DNA of 64,000 bases, from positions 86,425,995 to 86,489,994 of the forward strand of contig JAUZTB010000107.1 in the NCBI GenBank assembly GCA_034780895.1. Reading direction: 5' to 3'. The stretch comes from Rhynchobatus australiae (lineage: Eukaryota). The translations under genes were made by a program, and so were the position numbers. The notes under the pieces are model-generated. The model did not search any database and had not been told where the DNA came from. It saw only the letters and a program-made list of their open reading frames with translations. Shown in pieces: positions 53,446-64,000 of the stretch (positions are counted from its first letter, which is position 1; each line of letters starts with the position of its first letter).

Positions 53446-55380
53446 CCCCAGTCATTCTGCAAGGCAGAAACTAGGAGAAGCTAAGTCCCTACCCACAGAA
53501 AGACCCAGAGCTTTTGCAACAACTTGAAGGTATTAAAAGTCCTACTCTGTGTTTTCAATCTTTTCTAAATATCAATGTTCAGTGACACATGAACTAGGGC
53601 TTCTCACCCTTGGATTCAATATTGTAAACTACTGAGGGTTTAGATACACTTATCTGGTGCCTCAACTGTACCCTAATCATGGCTGATGTATCTAGTGCAG
53701 CATTATTCAGTTGGCTGGGCTTGCCACACCTTTATTTTTAAAGATGAGCAAATTCTTATTAAAACAATTAAACCCGCTAAGACCAAGGCTGATCTGACCT
53801 TTGGCCTCAACTCAATTTTCCTAGCCAATTCCCATAGCCCTTCAAATTTTCCTGTAGTCCACAAATTGCCGTCTCAAACATGCTTAATGACATTTCCACA
53901 GTTCACTGCAATAATTAATCCACAGATTCATAATAAGAAATTACCCCTCTGCTCAGTCTCATGCAATCACACCCTGTTGTCCATCAATGCTTTATACATC
54001 AAGAAAATCTGGCAGATGTTGGGAATTCCACAGTGTAAGTGCTTTTTTTTCCTGCCTACTGCTTAGTGCATAAATCCACTTCTGTGCTGTCACATGACAA
54101 CAGATCAGAATATCCTCACCTAATTTCACTTAATTAGCCACCCTTGGTCAGGGCATAATACTGGCATAAATGTCCTTTGGAGGATACAATAGAAAGGAAC
54201 AGACTCCCCATATCACCAGTGACCAAGATGACAAAGTTCAAATATTTGGATTCAGATTGAGGAAGGATCAGCAACACTGCAAACTGATTATCTTGCTTAA
54301 ATAGTACTGTCTGGGTTTGCACACAAAAATTATGTTAATAGAAGAATGCCAAATACTTTTTATTGAAGCTCAGCAACTTCACTGTCAAACTAAATTAGAA
54401 ACTATCTTTGCACTTTCACTACACCACGTTATGACAAAGTAGATCCACCATTCTTCTAAGTTGACTTTCAGTATTTTTAGCAGTAAAATTAAAACAAACT
54501 TCAGANNNNNNNNNNNNNNNNNNNNNNNNNNNNNNNNNNNNNNNNNNNNNNNNNNNNNNNNNNNNNNNNNNNNNNNNNNNNNNNNNNNNNNNNNNNNNNN
54601 NNNNNGTAAAATTAAAACAAACTTCAGACAAACTTCAACTACAGCCACTAGATGGAGCACTTTAACTGAAAGAAAACTACAGGTCCATTACAAATTGGTA
54701 AATCTTGTTGGCAGTTCATCAACACTTGCAGCACAACTATGGGATACAACTCTGGTCAGATGAAACCACATTTACACTGAGAAAAAATGGATTTGTGAAA
54801 AGGACTTCTCTGCCACAAATAAAAACAGTCCAGGTCAAGTCAAATTTAACTTTTCCTTTGAAAAAGTCTGAAACTACAGAACCAGCACATCCATACCCAC
54901 CAGTAAGCAAAACTGGAAGAGTCAATCAATTACAAATTTTACACCACCCAAGTGGGTGCAGTACAATCATTATTGCCTCAACTGTAGTATTTGTATAATT
55001 AAGGGTACTCCATTTAGGTGCATGTGTCACAATTGTTGAAGGCAACAGAGAGAACTCATGAGGACCAGAGCAGATGAGGGACTTCAATAATGCAGAAAAG
55101 TTGAAGTAAATTAAAAAATTAATCACTAAGATCGTCATTGGATGGCATAAATTGAGATATTCAAAGTTAAACAGAATTGCGGTATTTTCTCTTTGCCAGT
55201 TACATTCTCTTTTCAAGCGAGTCACTAACTATATGTCACAGGTTTAGAACAATCTAAAGAATCAAAGGGAATTATCTCGAAAGGTAATTGATCTGGAATG
55301 CAATATTGGAAAGAGTGATAGCAGCAGGTTCCAGAGAAACATCCAAAAAGCAGCTGGACACTTACTAAAATGCATGGTTA

Positions 55381-55524
55381 AGGGGGGGAGGGGGGGGGGG
55401 GGAAGAGAGAGAGAGNNNNNNNNNNNNNNNNNNNNNNNNNNNNNNNNNNNNNNNNNNNNNNNNNNNNNNNNNNNNNNNNNNNNNNNNNNNNNNNNNNNNN
55501 NNNNNNNNNNNNNNNAGAGAGAGA
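55381..55524 (+). repeat. poly-G/(GA)n microsatellite spanning an assembly gap
   Basis: Direct observation. Confidence 0.8.
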
Positions 55525-58500
55525 AACTGGGCTTGGAATTAAACTAGCCAACTACTTCTAAGAGCCAGGCATGGATAGGGCAAATTATCTTCTCGTCCCA
55601 TAAGATTCAATGATGTACTAATGGGAATAAACTGATTTGTGATCAGACTTTTACTTTTCATTTATCAAATCTCAAAGCCTAAAAAAAGCCCACCTTTAAA
55701 AGCATTACCACTAAGTACAGAACAGGTCTAATTCACGAACAATGCTTAATCTGAGAACACAAATTTCAAAATTCTAGTTCTTTGAAGTCAACTCAGCCTC
55801 AGTTGTTATTAGTGGATCTTAACTCAAAAATGCTAAAAGAGCTTGCTTCTCAGACAAAAACTAAATCTTGCACATTAATCATGGAGGTGTAGATTACATG
55901 AAATTTATTGCATTATTATAAATGCACAATGGATTAAATTAAACGTATCCCTTGGTACTTAACTTTTCCTAAATCTAAAAACAAATTTAGAAGCCACACT
56001 GTCAACATTTAGAACTTCATGAAGGTTACTTTTAAACACTACTAACTACACCTTGCCAACCAATTTGGCAACCATGATTGCATCATATAACCTTTCGTCA
56101 GCAAAGTACCACAAGACCTCTTACATGATTAGCCTACGCTGCTGACAAGTAAACCAAATAAACTCCACTATAACTTATGATAGACATAAAATATATTTCT
56201 TAATAACCCCCTGAAATGGAATAGAATGTTATATGTTAAAGCATCGAGACAAATATTCAGTGATATAATATCTGCAAACAGGACACAAAACTTGTTCAAA
56301 CTTTAGCCACTCTGACAACATACTGTATGCTAACCAACAAAACAAGATACATTTAAAACAGATGGCTTGCTTCAATCTTGCCATCCTTTCATAAACTCAC
56401 CTAGTGTACCAAAGTAATGAATAACAGCTGAACATCAGATACACTTAACTTTTGTTTTTTTAAAACACTGCACATAATTAGTAGCATTTAATCACCCAAC
56501 TGCATTTTTCAACTGCCACATTAAGAAAATTCAGATTTCATGCAAGAGGCTGCCGTACACTGATTACCTCACTGCAGAATATTTGATACTCAAGTATTAA
56601 ACCTTTTAAATTCACGGGTTTATTTCTTCCAAAATACAAGGTCACATTAAATGCATTTCCTTACATATTTCATGGTCACTGATTAACCATTTTGGAGTAT
56701 CTAGACTACTTTTCAAAACAACCATTCCCAAAATTGCTAATAATTTTACATACAAGAAGGTGCCTGTTGTTTGACTAAAAATCATAATCTAAAAACTATG
56801 TCATTGTTCAGAGTCGGAGAATATAGATATGGTGCTCGACCATTAGACCTTAGTCTGTTACTGCAGTGCAGAGGCCTACAAATTGTAATGACACCAAAAC
56901 CACACCCACTGCCAGGAAGCAGTACCGAGCGCCCATGTGGAACTTGCTGATAAAAGTTAGCAGGCCTCCTATATACATGCAGAGAGATTTATCGCATGCT
57001 TCAATTCATTTAATTTTATAATACGAGAACTGCATTTCGGGTCTTCCAACGTTCGCGCATATTTCCTTGTGTAAAAGTAAACATCAAACCAAGCAGAACA
57101 TTAACTTCAAGCAAAATTCATGAGCACAAATCGAAACAAGTACGCCTTCAGTCTGACCCCCATAACTTTAATTTCTTTCTAATGACTGTCACTTTAATTA
57201 TATTCCGGCAAATTTAACACTGAGTTGGCTTTAGTGCCAGGTTCAAATTGGCCCCAAAAAGTACTTGTAAATCGACGGGCCGAATTCAAACGGGATAATG
57301 AGACCAAGCATTTATCACCGCCTTGGGGGTAACCTTCACATCAATACACGATGTCATGCAACTTTAAATCAGTAATTATGTAACATCATCTTGAGAGCGG
57401 TAAATGTGCATTTCCGGTCACGATATTTATGTCGAAATTTCAACATCTTCTCACTTCACCACCTCCCGCCCCTCACCCAATAATAAATTGAAAAGTGACT
57501 CAGAAGATGTGCATCTTTTTTTAAAGAAAACAGCAAATTCACTCTTCACAATATAAAAACTCTATCAACAAATTGCTCTTGCATGTTCCAGGCAATGCAG
57601 CATTGCGCCACTGCTCAAGGTTGCTCCTACTTGTCCCAATGCTTGCTAAATATATTTCCCAAAGATGGTTAAAACTTTATTACACTTCCGTTTTAAAACC
57701 AAGCCCCCCGCATTTTAAAAAATGATCACATGGTTAACGTTTCGCCCGGTGCTGCATCCATTTCTATATATAGATAAAGACGAAGTCAGAGTCTCTCATT
57801 TAATATCAGCAGTTGAGTGTGCCGGGTTTTCTGCAGTGTGAGCCTGCAGCTGTGTGTTTGTGGGGAGGTGACACCGACTCATCAAGTGAGCTGCGCCATG
57901 CTCGGACCTAACCATCAGCCGCACATGGTTCTTGCCGGCGTTTCTTCCCCCTCCAGCACTAACGTGTCAGTTCAGGCTCACGCAGCAAACGCAACATCTC
58001 TCGACAGCAGTTCCCCCCCACTACACACACAACATCGGAGTGATGAAACATTAATTGCTTTTTCTACATTAGTGTCAATGAGGAATAAAAAATGACTGCG
58101 CTCCCCCTCCCTCAGATCGGGTGGGTTACATTCCACTGTACCCAACTCCCATATGGTGGCAGAGGCCTCGGCGCAAGCCTCGGACCCATCCGCTGAAATC
58201 CCGCGTCCCAACCCGTCTCCCGCAAATAAAACTAAGGGATCGGGGTTTTTCGGGAAATTGAGGGCACCCCTTCCCACATCACCACTCCCCCCGCCCTGTG
58301 TAACAGGGGAGGGAAGGGGGCCCCAACGCGAGGGGCCTGTTCTCAGTCACGCCTGCCGGGGCCTGGCCCGGGTGTGCAAGCAGGGCCTGGGCCCGGCACC
58401 CAGCTCCTCGGCAGGCTCCCGTGGAAAGGCCGGCAGCCACATGAGGCCCCTGCCGGCAGGCATGAAGCCAGCCGGCGTTTAAAGGCACCTTCTCCCGGCG

Positions 58501-58660
58501 GGAGGGGAGAGGAGGCACCGCCCGGGCTTCCCCACCCACCCCAGTGACCGAGCTGGGTTACAAAGGATCCAGGGGGGCAAGATCCTTCTTGCAGCGGCTA
58601 CTGCCCGCCGGGGCCCGGCTCTCCGCTCCGGTAATCACAAACACGTCAGGGCGTCCTTAC

Positions 58661-58716
58661 CCGGGAAGGACTCGCTCCTCCTCTGCCTGAAGGCGTTGGA
58701 TTTTCCTTCTTCTGCC
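58661..58716 (-). other. EIF4G1: Putative non-coding exon 2 of EIF4G1 (56 nt)
   Basis: Acceptor ttatttttatgattcgcag|, donor CGG|GTAAGG, inside the CpG island. Confidence 0.7.
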
Positions 58717-58854
58717 CTGCGAATCATAAAAATAACAGAGTCAAGCCGTAGCTGAGAGGGCAGGGCGGCCGGCGCCGGACATGGCGACACGATGCTGAGG
58801 TGTTCACGCCGAGGATGGAGGTGGATAGTGGGACACGGGGCGATAATGGCGTAC

Positions 58855-58912
58855 CTTCCTCCTCAGTCCGCAAAGCCGGACGATCGGCTACTTTCGGGGA
58901 TTTCCGCTTCTA
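58855..58912 (-). other. EIF4G1: Putative non-coding exon 1 of EIF4G1 (5' end approximate)
   Basis: Ends GCGGACTGAGGAGGAAG|GTACGC and is separated from exon 2 by a 138-nt intron. The TSS cannot be fixed from sequence alone. Confidence 0.65.
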
Positions 58913-59404
58913 GCGCTCCGGAGAGGAAGGCAGGGCCACGTGACACCGCCTGGGCCAGCGGAGCCGCCGCTTGCTCCTGCCAACAAATGGTTATTCCTGT
59001 TACAGTAACGCGTCTGTTCCATCGCAAACATTAATAAGCCCCTGCCAACAACAGTCACCTAAATGTGCACCGTTTCTTTTTTGGCATTGGACAGTAACAA
59101 ATGCTTTATTACTTCTTCAGTGCAGCAAGATAAAAAGAAAACGCTTAGCAGGTTCCAGGCGGCATCTGAGGAGAAAAACAACAAAAATTCCAGATCATTG
59201 ATCTGTCATCAGGAGAGTAGCATCAGTAGCCTGGACACTGTCCCAGAGAATAAGAAAATTAAGAACATTACGTCTGTTTTTCCATTAACTCACCAGAGTT
59301 TAAACACCTCATCCAAATGCCATCCGAGTTTAGCTGCTAAAAGTTGTGAATCCACAGATGGAAGTGTTCTCAAATAAGCGAAGCTGAGTTAAACAGATTG
59401 GTCA

Positions 59405-59630
59405 AAAATGTAAACAGAAAATGCTGGAGATACTCAGCAGGTCAGGCAGCATGTGTGTAAGGAGAAACAGAGTTAACATTTCAAGAATGAGATGTTTTGT
59501 CAGAATGTTCTGACAAAGGTTCTCGGACCTGAAACATCAACTCTGTTTTTCTTTCCACACATGCTGACCAACCTGAATGTTTCCAGTATTTTCTATTTTG
59601 ATTTCAGATTTCCAGCATTTGCATTTTTTG
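59405..59630. mobile_element. Penelope-derived palindromic element with a hammerhead-like core at 59510-59538
   Basis: Arms meet at tttgtcagaa-tg-ttctgacaaa. Same family as the 2.6, 14.1 and 50.1 kb copies. Confidence 0.8.
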
Positions 59631-60942
59631 ATTATGTAAGTAGTATGCCAAAACTCAAATCCTAAATGAAGATAAAATACCCTCTACACGTGCACACATT
59701 AATGTGTTGTCTGAAGCTCTGTCTAAGCGCATTGTTTTGGGGACATGCACTATTTATGAGTTATGTTCCTTGGAATTGTTCAAATCAAAAAGTTTTGATT
59801 TTTCTTCCTTCCCTGTGGATTGAGAATTCTCTCAATCTGCCTTTTCCCTAATGATACAGATGGAAATAGGAACTGGACATGTAAGGATTTGTAGGTGTGA
59901 ATCTATATCCTCATGTTCTATAAAACAACTTATTTTAGTAGATTTGCATTACATTTGCACTATATAGTAATGTAGAACATAGCATGTTAGAAGATATTTT
60001 CCTTTACAATCCTGTATTTTGGACAACTTTGTAGCAAAGCCTACATGTCACAAATTGGTCATTACAAGACATACAATAGTATCATACAAGCAAAGAGACA
60101 ACTTATAAAGATACCAAAAGCTAGTAATTTATGATTAATATCTCTGTGAAGGGAGCATAATCACTGTACAATATCCAGGTACTACGCCAAGTAGCTACCA
60201 TCTCTATTCACAGTGTGCAGTTAGTTTATTCAAAGAGAAAGTTCAAATTGCCAAGAAAAAGCTTGCTGGTTTTAGGAATTTGCAGTTCGCCTTCATTGTA
60301 TGAACCCACAACTGATGTCAGGTTATTCTACTTCTAAAGGACAGTCTTCCCACAGGGGAATTCAACAGAACACACCATAATAATGTTCTAAATGATACAA
60401 GATTATAATATAGGTTCATTAGGTGCCTGATATCTCACTCTTTTCCATCACAGTCTGTACTTTGGAACTGAAAAAGGTCTTCCTGAGAAGAGGAATGGTT
60501 TGTTCTCAACAAGAATTTGGTCTCATTAAACAAATTGGGAGTATTTACATATTTACATTATTTACAAGTTTCAATGTGAAAATATTTTTAATTATGTCAC
60601 AATTTACTGATTTGATGTCAACAGCTTTCTCATGACATCATAAAGCAGCTTAACTGCCTGCAGAATTTAAATTTTAAGTACTTAATAGTTTTAAAATTAT
60701 GTACATTTATGTTCAAAGAATATATAACTAAAATTCAAAATACACTTTAGAATCAACACAACCAACTTCTAATATCACGAGTATTGATGTAATTCTCAGG
60801 TGAAGAATATGGATGGAGCAGAAGGCATGGATGACTACGGCATGGTGAATATCACCACAAGTGAATCAGATTAGAGAATCACCATCAGTGGGATATAATC
60901 ACTCTTGTGCTTTTTGGGGGGCAGGGAGTTTATCATTCTTTA

Positions 60943-61170
60943 CTTTCTTCTTCTCCCTTCTTCTTCTTCTTCTTCTTCTTTGGCTGTCCCACAGAATCGA
61001 GGATAATTTGCTTTCTTCCCAGTTTTGTGGGTTCTGAGGGGCTAACAACGCCAATTGGGAAGCAAAGGCTCTTCCAAGGATAGGGCAGGAGGTGGGTTAT
61101 GGTGCAGGTGGTGTTACACTCCTTGCACAGTTTACAAAGGGCTCTGTGTGTTCTGATGCATGGTCTTTCA
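60943..61170 (-). mobile_element. RTE-type LINE 3' end with a (GAA)n tail
   Basis: (ctt)n run abutting sequence similar to 32820-32940 (gaggat...ggttctgagg.ggcta). Confidence 0.55.
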
Positions 61171-61319
61171 GCTTATCATTACACAATGCTGTCTATTGTG
61201 TGTTCTACTATATAACAATTGTAGAATATTTTCAACTAAAATTTTTTTGTGATGCAATTTGATACTCTCATGTCATTACAACAAAATAAGAGTATACATC
61301 TATGTTCTTCGCCATGTAA

Positions 61320-61600
61320 ATATATTGGTATTGGTTTATTATGTTACTTGTACCAAGGTACAGTGAAAAACTTGTCTTGCAAACCGATCATACAGGTCAA
61401 TTCATTACACAGTGCAGTTACANNNNNNNNNNNNNNNNNNNNNNNNNNNNNNNNNNNNNNNNNNNNNNNNNNNNNNNNNNNNNNNNNNNNNNNNNNNNNN
61501 NNNNNNNNNNNNNNNNNNNNNNGTATCATCTGCAAACTTGTAGATGGAGTTAGAGCAGAATCTGGCCACACAGTCATGAGTGTATAGGGAGTAGAGTATC
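61320..61600 (-). mobile_element. Rex1/Babar-type LINE pieces on either side of a gap
   Basis: Minus-strand LYSLYTHDCVARFCSNSIYKFADD (RT catalytic FADD). Confidence 0.8.
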
Positions 61601-61739
61601 TTCACTCTCTTTGGAATCTGTATGGATTCTAATGGCAGAGGCTGCTTTAGCTGAGATTCCCTGTCAAGGTCTAGGCTGTCTTGGTCAGGACTGAACAGTT
61701 GAAAGTAAGGTTTTTCAATTGAGATATCAAACCAATGTC

Positions 61740-62010
61740 TCATCTACTCCTTCAGGCAAATGGTAAAGATTCCTTTCTAATATTTGATGAAAGAGCAGTT
61801 GGGATTATCCTGCTCAATATTTATTCCTCATCAAAATATTGTCAAAAAAAGGAGACTATCTAGTCATTTTAATATTTCTGTTTATAGGAAATTGCAATTT
61901 TCCAAATGGTCTTTTTGCTGTTTTACAAGAGTGACAGCATTTCAAAAGTACTTCAGTGGCAACAAAGCACTTTGAGATGTCATGAAAGGTGCCAGTCTTC
62001 TTTCATTCTT
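61740..62010 (+). mobile_element. DeuSINE-like remnant (further copies at ~5.9-6.16 kb, ~46.7-46.9 kb and ~20.45 kb minus)
   Basis: caatatttattcctca...ctatctagtcatt...ttcaaaagtacttcagtggc...aaagcactttgagatgtc resembles the shark DeuSINE consensus as I recall it. Confidence 0.6.
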
Positions 62011-63270
62011 TAACAGAGGGTATGTCAGGGAGTAACAACATTAATAAACATCACCACAATTTTTTAAAATTTGGTCAAATTTTATTTCATGATACTGCTT
62101 TGAGGTATCTTGAGGCATTTTGCTATGTTTAAGGTGCTCTATAAATGCAATATTTTGGTTGCTGCTTGACAGTCAAAAGAATAAAATCTGCTTCATTAGT
62201 TAGCCAGGCCAAATTTTGTTTTGATGTTTGGGTTTTCTTTCACCTAAACAAATTCATTTTAATAACTTAGTAAATGTTAACTGAGTTCCTTATTAAACCC
62301 AGAATAATTTAAATAGAATTATTATATTATGTTTCCATTGTAATTTAGTACTAGTGTGAATGGTTTATTTCAATAGATATTTCTGTAAACAAACACATTT
62401 ACAATATATCTGTTTGTTAGGAATTTGCAATGGATGTCAAATTTAGCCAATGAGTATCTGAACCTTAAAGTACTGAAGGTTAGGAATGCAATCACCACTC
62501 TGTGCAGAATTGACTGATTTGAGCAGGTGGTGGTAGTGGAGGAAGTTGCTATCAGCCTCAATATCCCAAACGAAATTTAACAAGATGCCTGTTCCTTCTC
62601 TTTTTTGAAAGATCCCAGCTCACCAGCCCGACCCTTGAAAATGACTTACAGAGTCATGCTGGCTGCAGCCAGTGTCCAAAGGGAGCAGCGATTTCCATGC
62701 TACCAAGCACCAGATGTATACATACTGTCTGAGAGTCCAGGGCTCACTGAGAAATGGGCGCCACTGCATATGATGCTCCACTCCATCATTTCCCATATTA
62801 TACTGGAAATCACCCATCAATACCACAACAGTCAAGTTTAGCAGAGTGGGGAGTCCCCTATTCATTTCAATTGGGATTCTTGGCCAGGAGAAAGTAAGAG
62901 AATTTTTTTAAGTTTAATTGAACTACTTAATGCTTTAAGTAAATAAAGTTTAAATCACTTAAGTATTTTATTAGCAATAAACAAGCTGTTGGAAGAATTC
63001 AGCAGGTCAACCAACACTTTGGGTCAANNNNNNNNNNNNNNNNNNNNNNNNNNNNNNNNNNNNNNNNNNNNNNNNNNNNNNNNNNNNNNNNNNNNNNNNN
63101 NNNNNNNNNNNNNNNNNNNNNNNNNNNNNNNNNNNNNNNNNNNNNNNNNNNNNNNNNNNNNNNNNNNNNNNNNNNNNNNNNNNNNNNNNNNNNNNNNNNN
63201 NNNNNNNNNNNNNNNNNNNNNNNNNNNNNNNNNNNNNNNNNNNNNNNNNNNNNNNNNNNNNNNNNNNNNN

Positions 63271-63808
63271 ATAACAGTACAGAGTAAAGTGTCACAGCTA
63301 CAGAGAAAGTGCAGTGCAATAAGGTGCAAGGTCACACCAAGGTAGATTGTGAGGTCATAGTCCATCTCATTGTATAAGGGAACCGGTCAATAGTCTTATC
63401 ACAGTGGGATAGAAGCTGTCCTTAAGTCTGGTGGTATGTGCCCCAGGCTCCTGTATCTTCTACCTGATGGAACAGGAGAGAAGAGAGAATGACTCGGGTG
63501 GGTGGGGTCTTCGATTATGCTGGCTGCTTCACCAAGGCAGCGAAAGGTAAAGAAAGAGTCCAAGGAGGGGAGGTTGGTGTTGGTGATGCACTGGGCTGTG
63601 TCCACAACCCTCTGCAGTTTCTTGCAGTTCCGTGCAGAGCAGTTTCCATACCAAGCTGTGATACATCCAGGTAGGATGCCTTCTACAATGCATTGATAAA
63701 AATTGATAAGAGTCAAAGGGGACATGCCAAATTTCTTTAGCCTCCTGAGGGAGTAGAGGCGCTGGTGAGGTTTCTTGGCCATGGCATCTACATGATTTGA
63801 CCAGGCTG
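63271..63808 (-). mobile_element. Rex1/Babar-type LINE, 5'-truncated, C-terminal ORF still open
   Basis: WSNHVDAMAKKPHQRLYSLRRLKKFGMS...ITAWYGNCS...KKLQRVV...DPTHPSHSLFSPVPSGRRYRS. Confidence 0.9.
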
Positions 63809-64000
63809 TTGGTATATGAAGATTGAAGTCAGTCATGATTAATGCACTACTCCTTTTAAATGTCCCCATTATTTCTGGATTTATACTCCTTCCCACAGTG
63901 TGGCTTCTGTTTGCAGGACTATATGTTACTCCCATCATTGCCTTCTTTCCTTTGCTTTTTTTTACCTGCACCCATATGAATTCTACATCTTCGGAGCCAA
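63809..64000 (-). mobile_element. CR1-type AP-endonuclease remnant
   Basis: MGVTYSPAN...LIMTDFNLH matches the GVxYRPP...GDFN motifs. Confidence 0.75.

Larger units (their letters stand above)
126..58912 (-). other. EIF4G1: EIF4G1 gene, 5' portion (2 putative UTR exons plus 12 coding exons; continues past the left edge of the window)
   Basis: Twelve coding exons with AG acceptors and GT/GC donors join in consistent phase into 673 codons. The protein is colinear with the vertebrate eIF4G1 N-terminus: MNK start, [66 protein letters not shown]. The MNKxPQ start and [19 protein letters not shown] favour EIF4G1 over EIF4G3. Confidence 0.93.
57800..59020. promoter_or_regulatory. CpG island / EIF4G1 promoter with E-box CACGTG (58937-58942), ETS-like GCGGAAAT (~58900-58907, minus) and YY1-like ATGGCG cores (~58780, ~58846)
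   Basis: The only GC- and CpG-dense block in an AT-rich, CpG-depleted window, located at the 5' end of the gene. Motif function is inferred. Confidence 0.85.

Noticed and set aside
54483-54628. Direct repeat gtaaaattaaaacaaacttcaga on both sides of a gap
   Set aside because: Same gap-flank pattern; an assembly artefact or unresolved short tandem repeat, not evidence of an array.
57817-59377. ORFs of 76-109 aa within and beside the CpG island
   Set aside because: Expected by chance in GC-rich DNA; no recognisable protein motifs or coding splice structure.
1-64000. Prokaryotic systems (CRISPR arrays, operons, defence islands)
   Set aside because: The sequence is an intron-rich vertebrate locus with no repeat-spacer array and no dense ORFs.
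59630-64000. A neighbouring gene upstream of EIF4G1
   Set aside because: Only repeat remnants and AT-rich spacer were recognised; no exons I can support.

Overview
This is vertebrate genomic DNA, not prokaryotic. It is AT-rich, has many N gaps, and its repeat content (CR1, Rex1/Babar, RTE, Penelope, V-SINE, DeuSINE) points to a cartilaginous fish; the taxon is my inference. The window holds the 5' part of EIF4G1 (translation initiation factor 4G1) on the minus strand. It runs from a CpG-island promoter near 58.9 kb through two non-coding exons and 12 coding exons. These splice in consistent phase into 2019 nt (673 codons), from MNKGPQ... through the PABP-binding site and the YDREFLL eIF4E-binding motif to ...IGRGP, and the gene continues beyond position 1. 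Main observations: (1) a 30-nt candidate homologue of the neural eIF4G 'GGF...Q' microexon that ends in a TAA stop; (2) a 6-codon uORF whose stop overlaps the main AUG; (3) two GC-AG introns; (4) Penelope-derived inverted repeats carrying decayed minimal hammerhead-ribozyme motifs; (5) a 25-bp intronic hairpin of pre-miRNA size. Exon boundaries were read base by base. Repeat boundaries are approximate. Comparisons to human EIF4G1 and to repeat families are from memory, not from searches.
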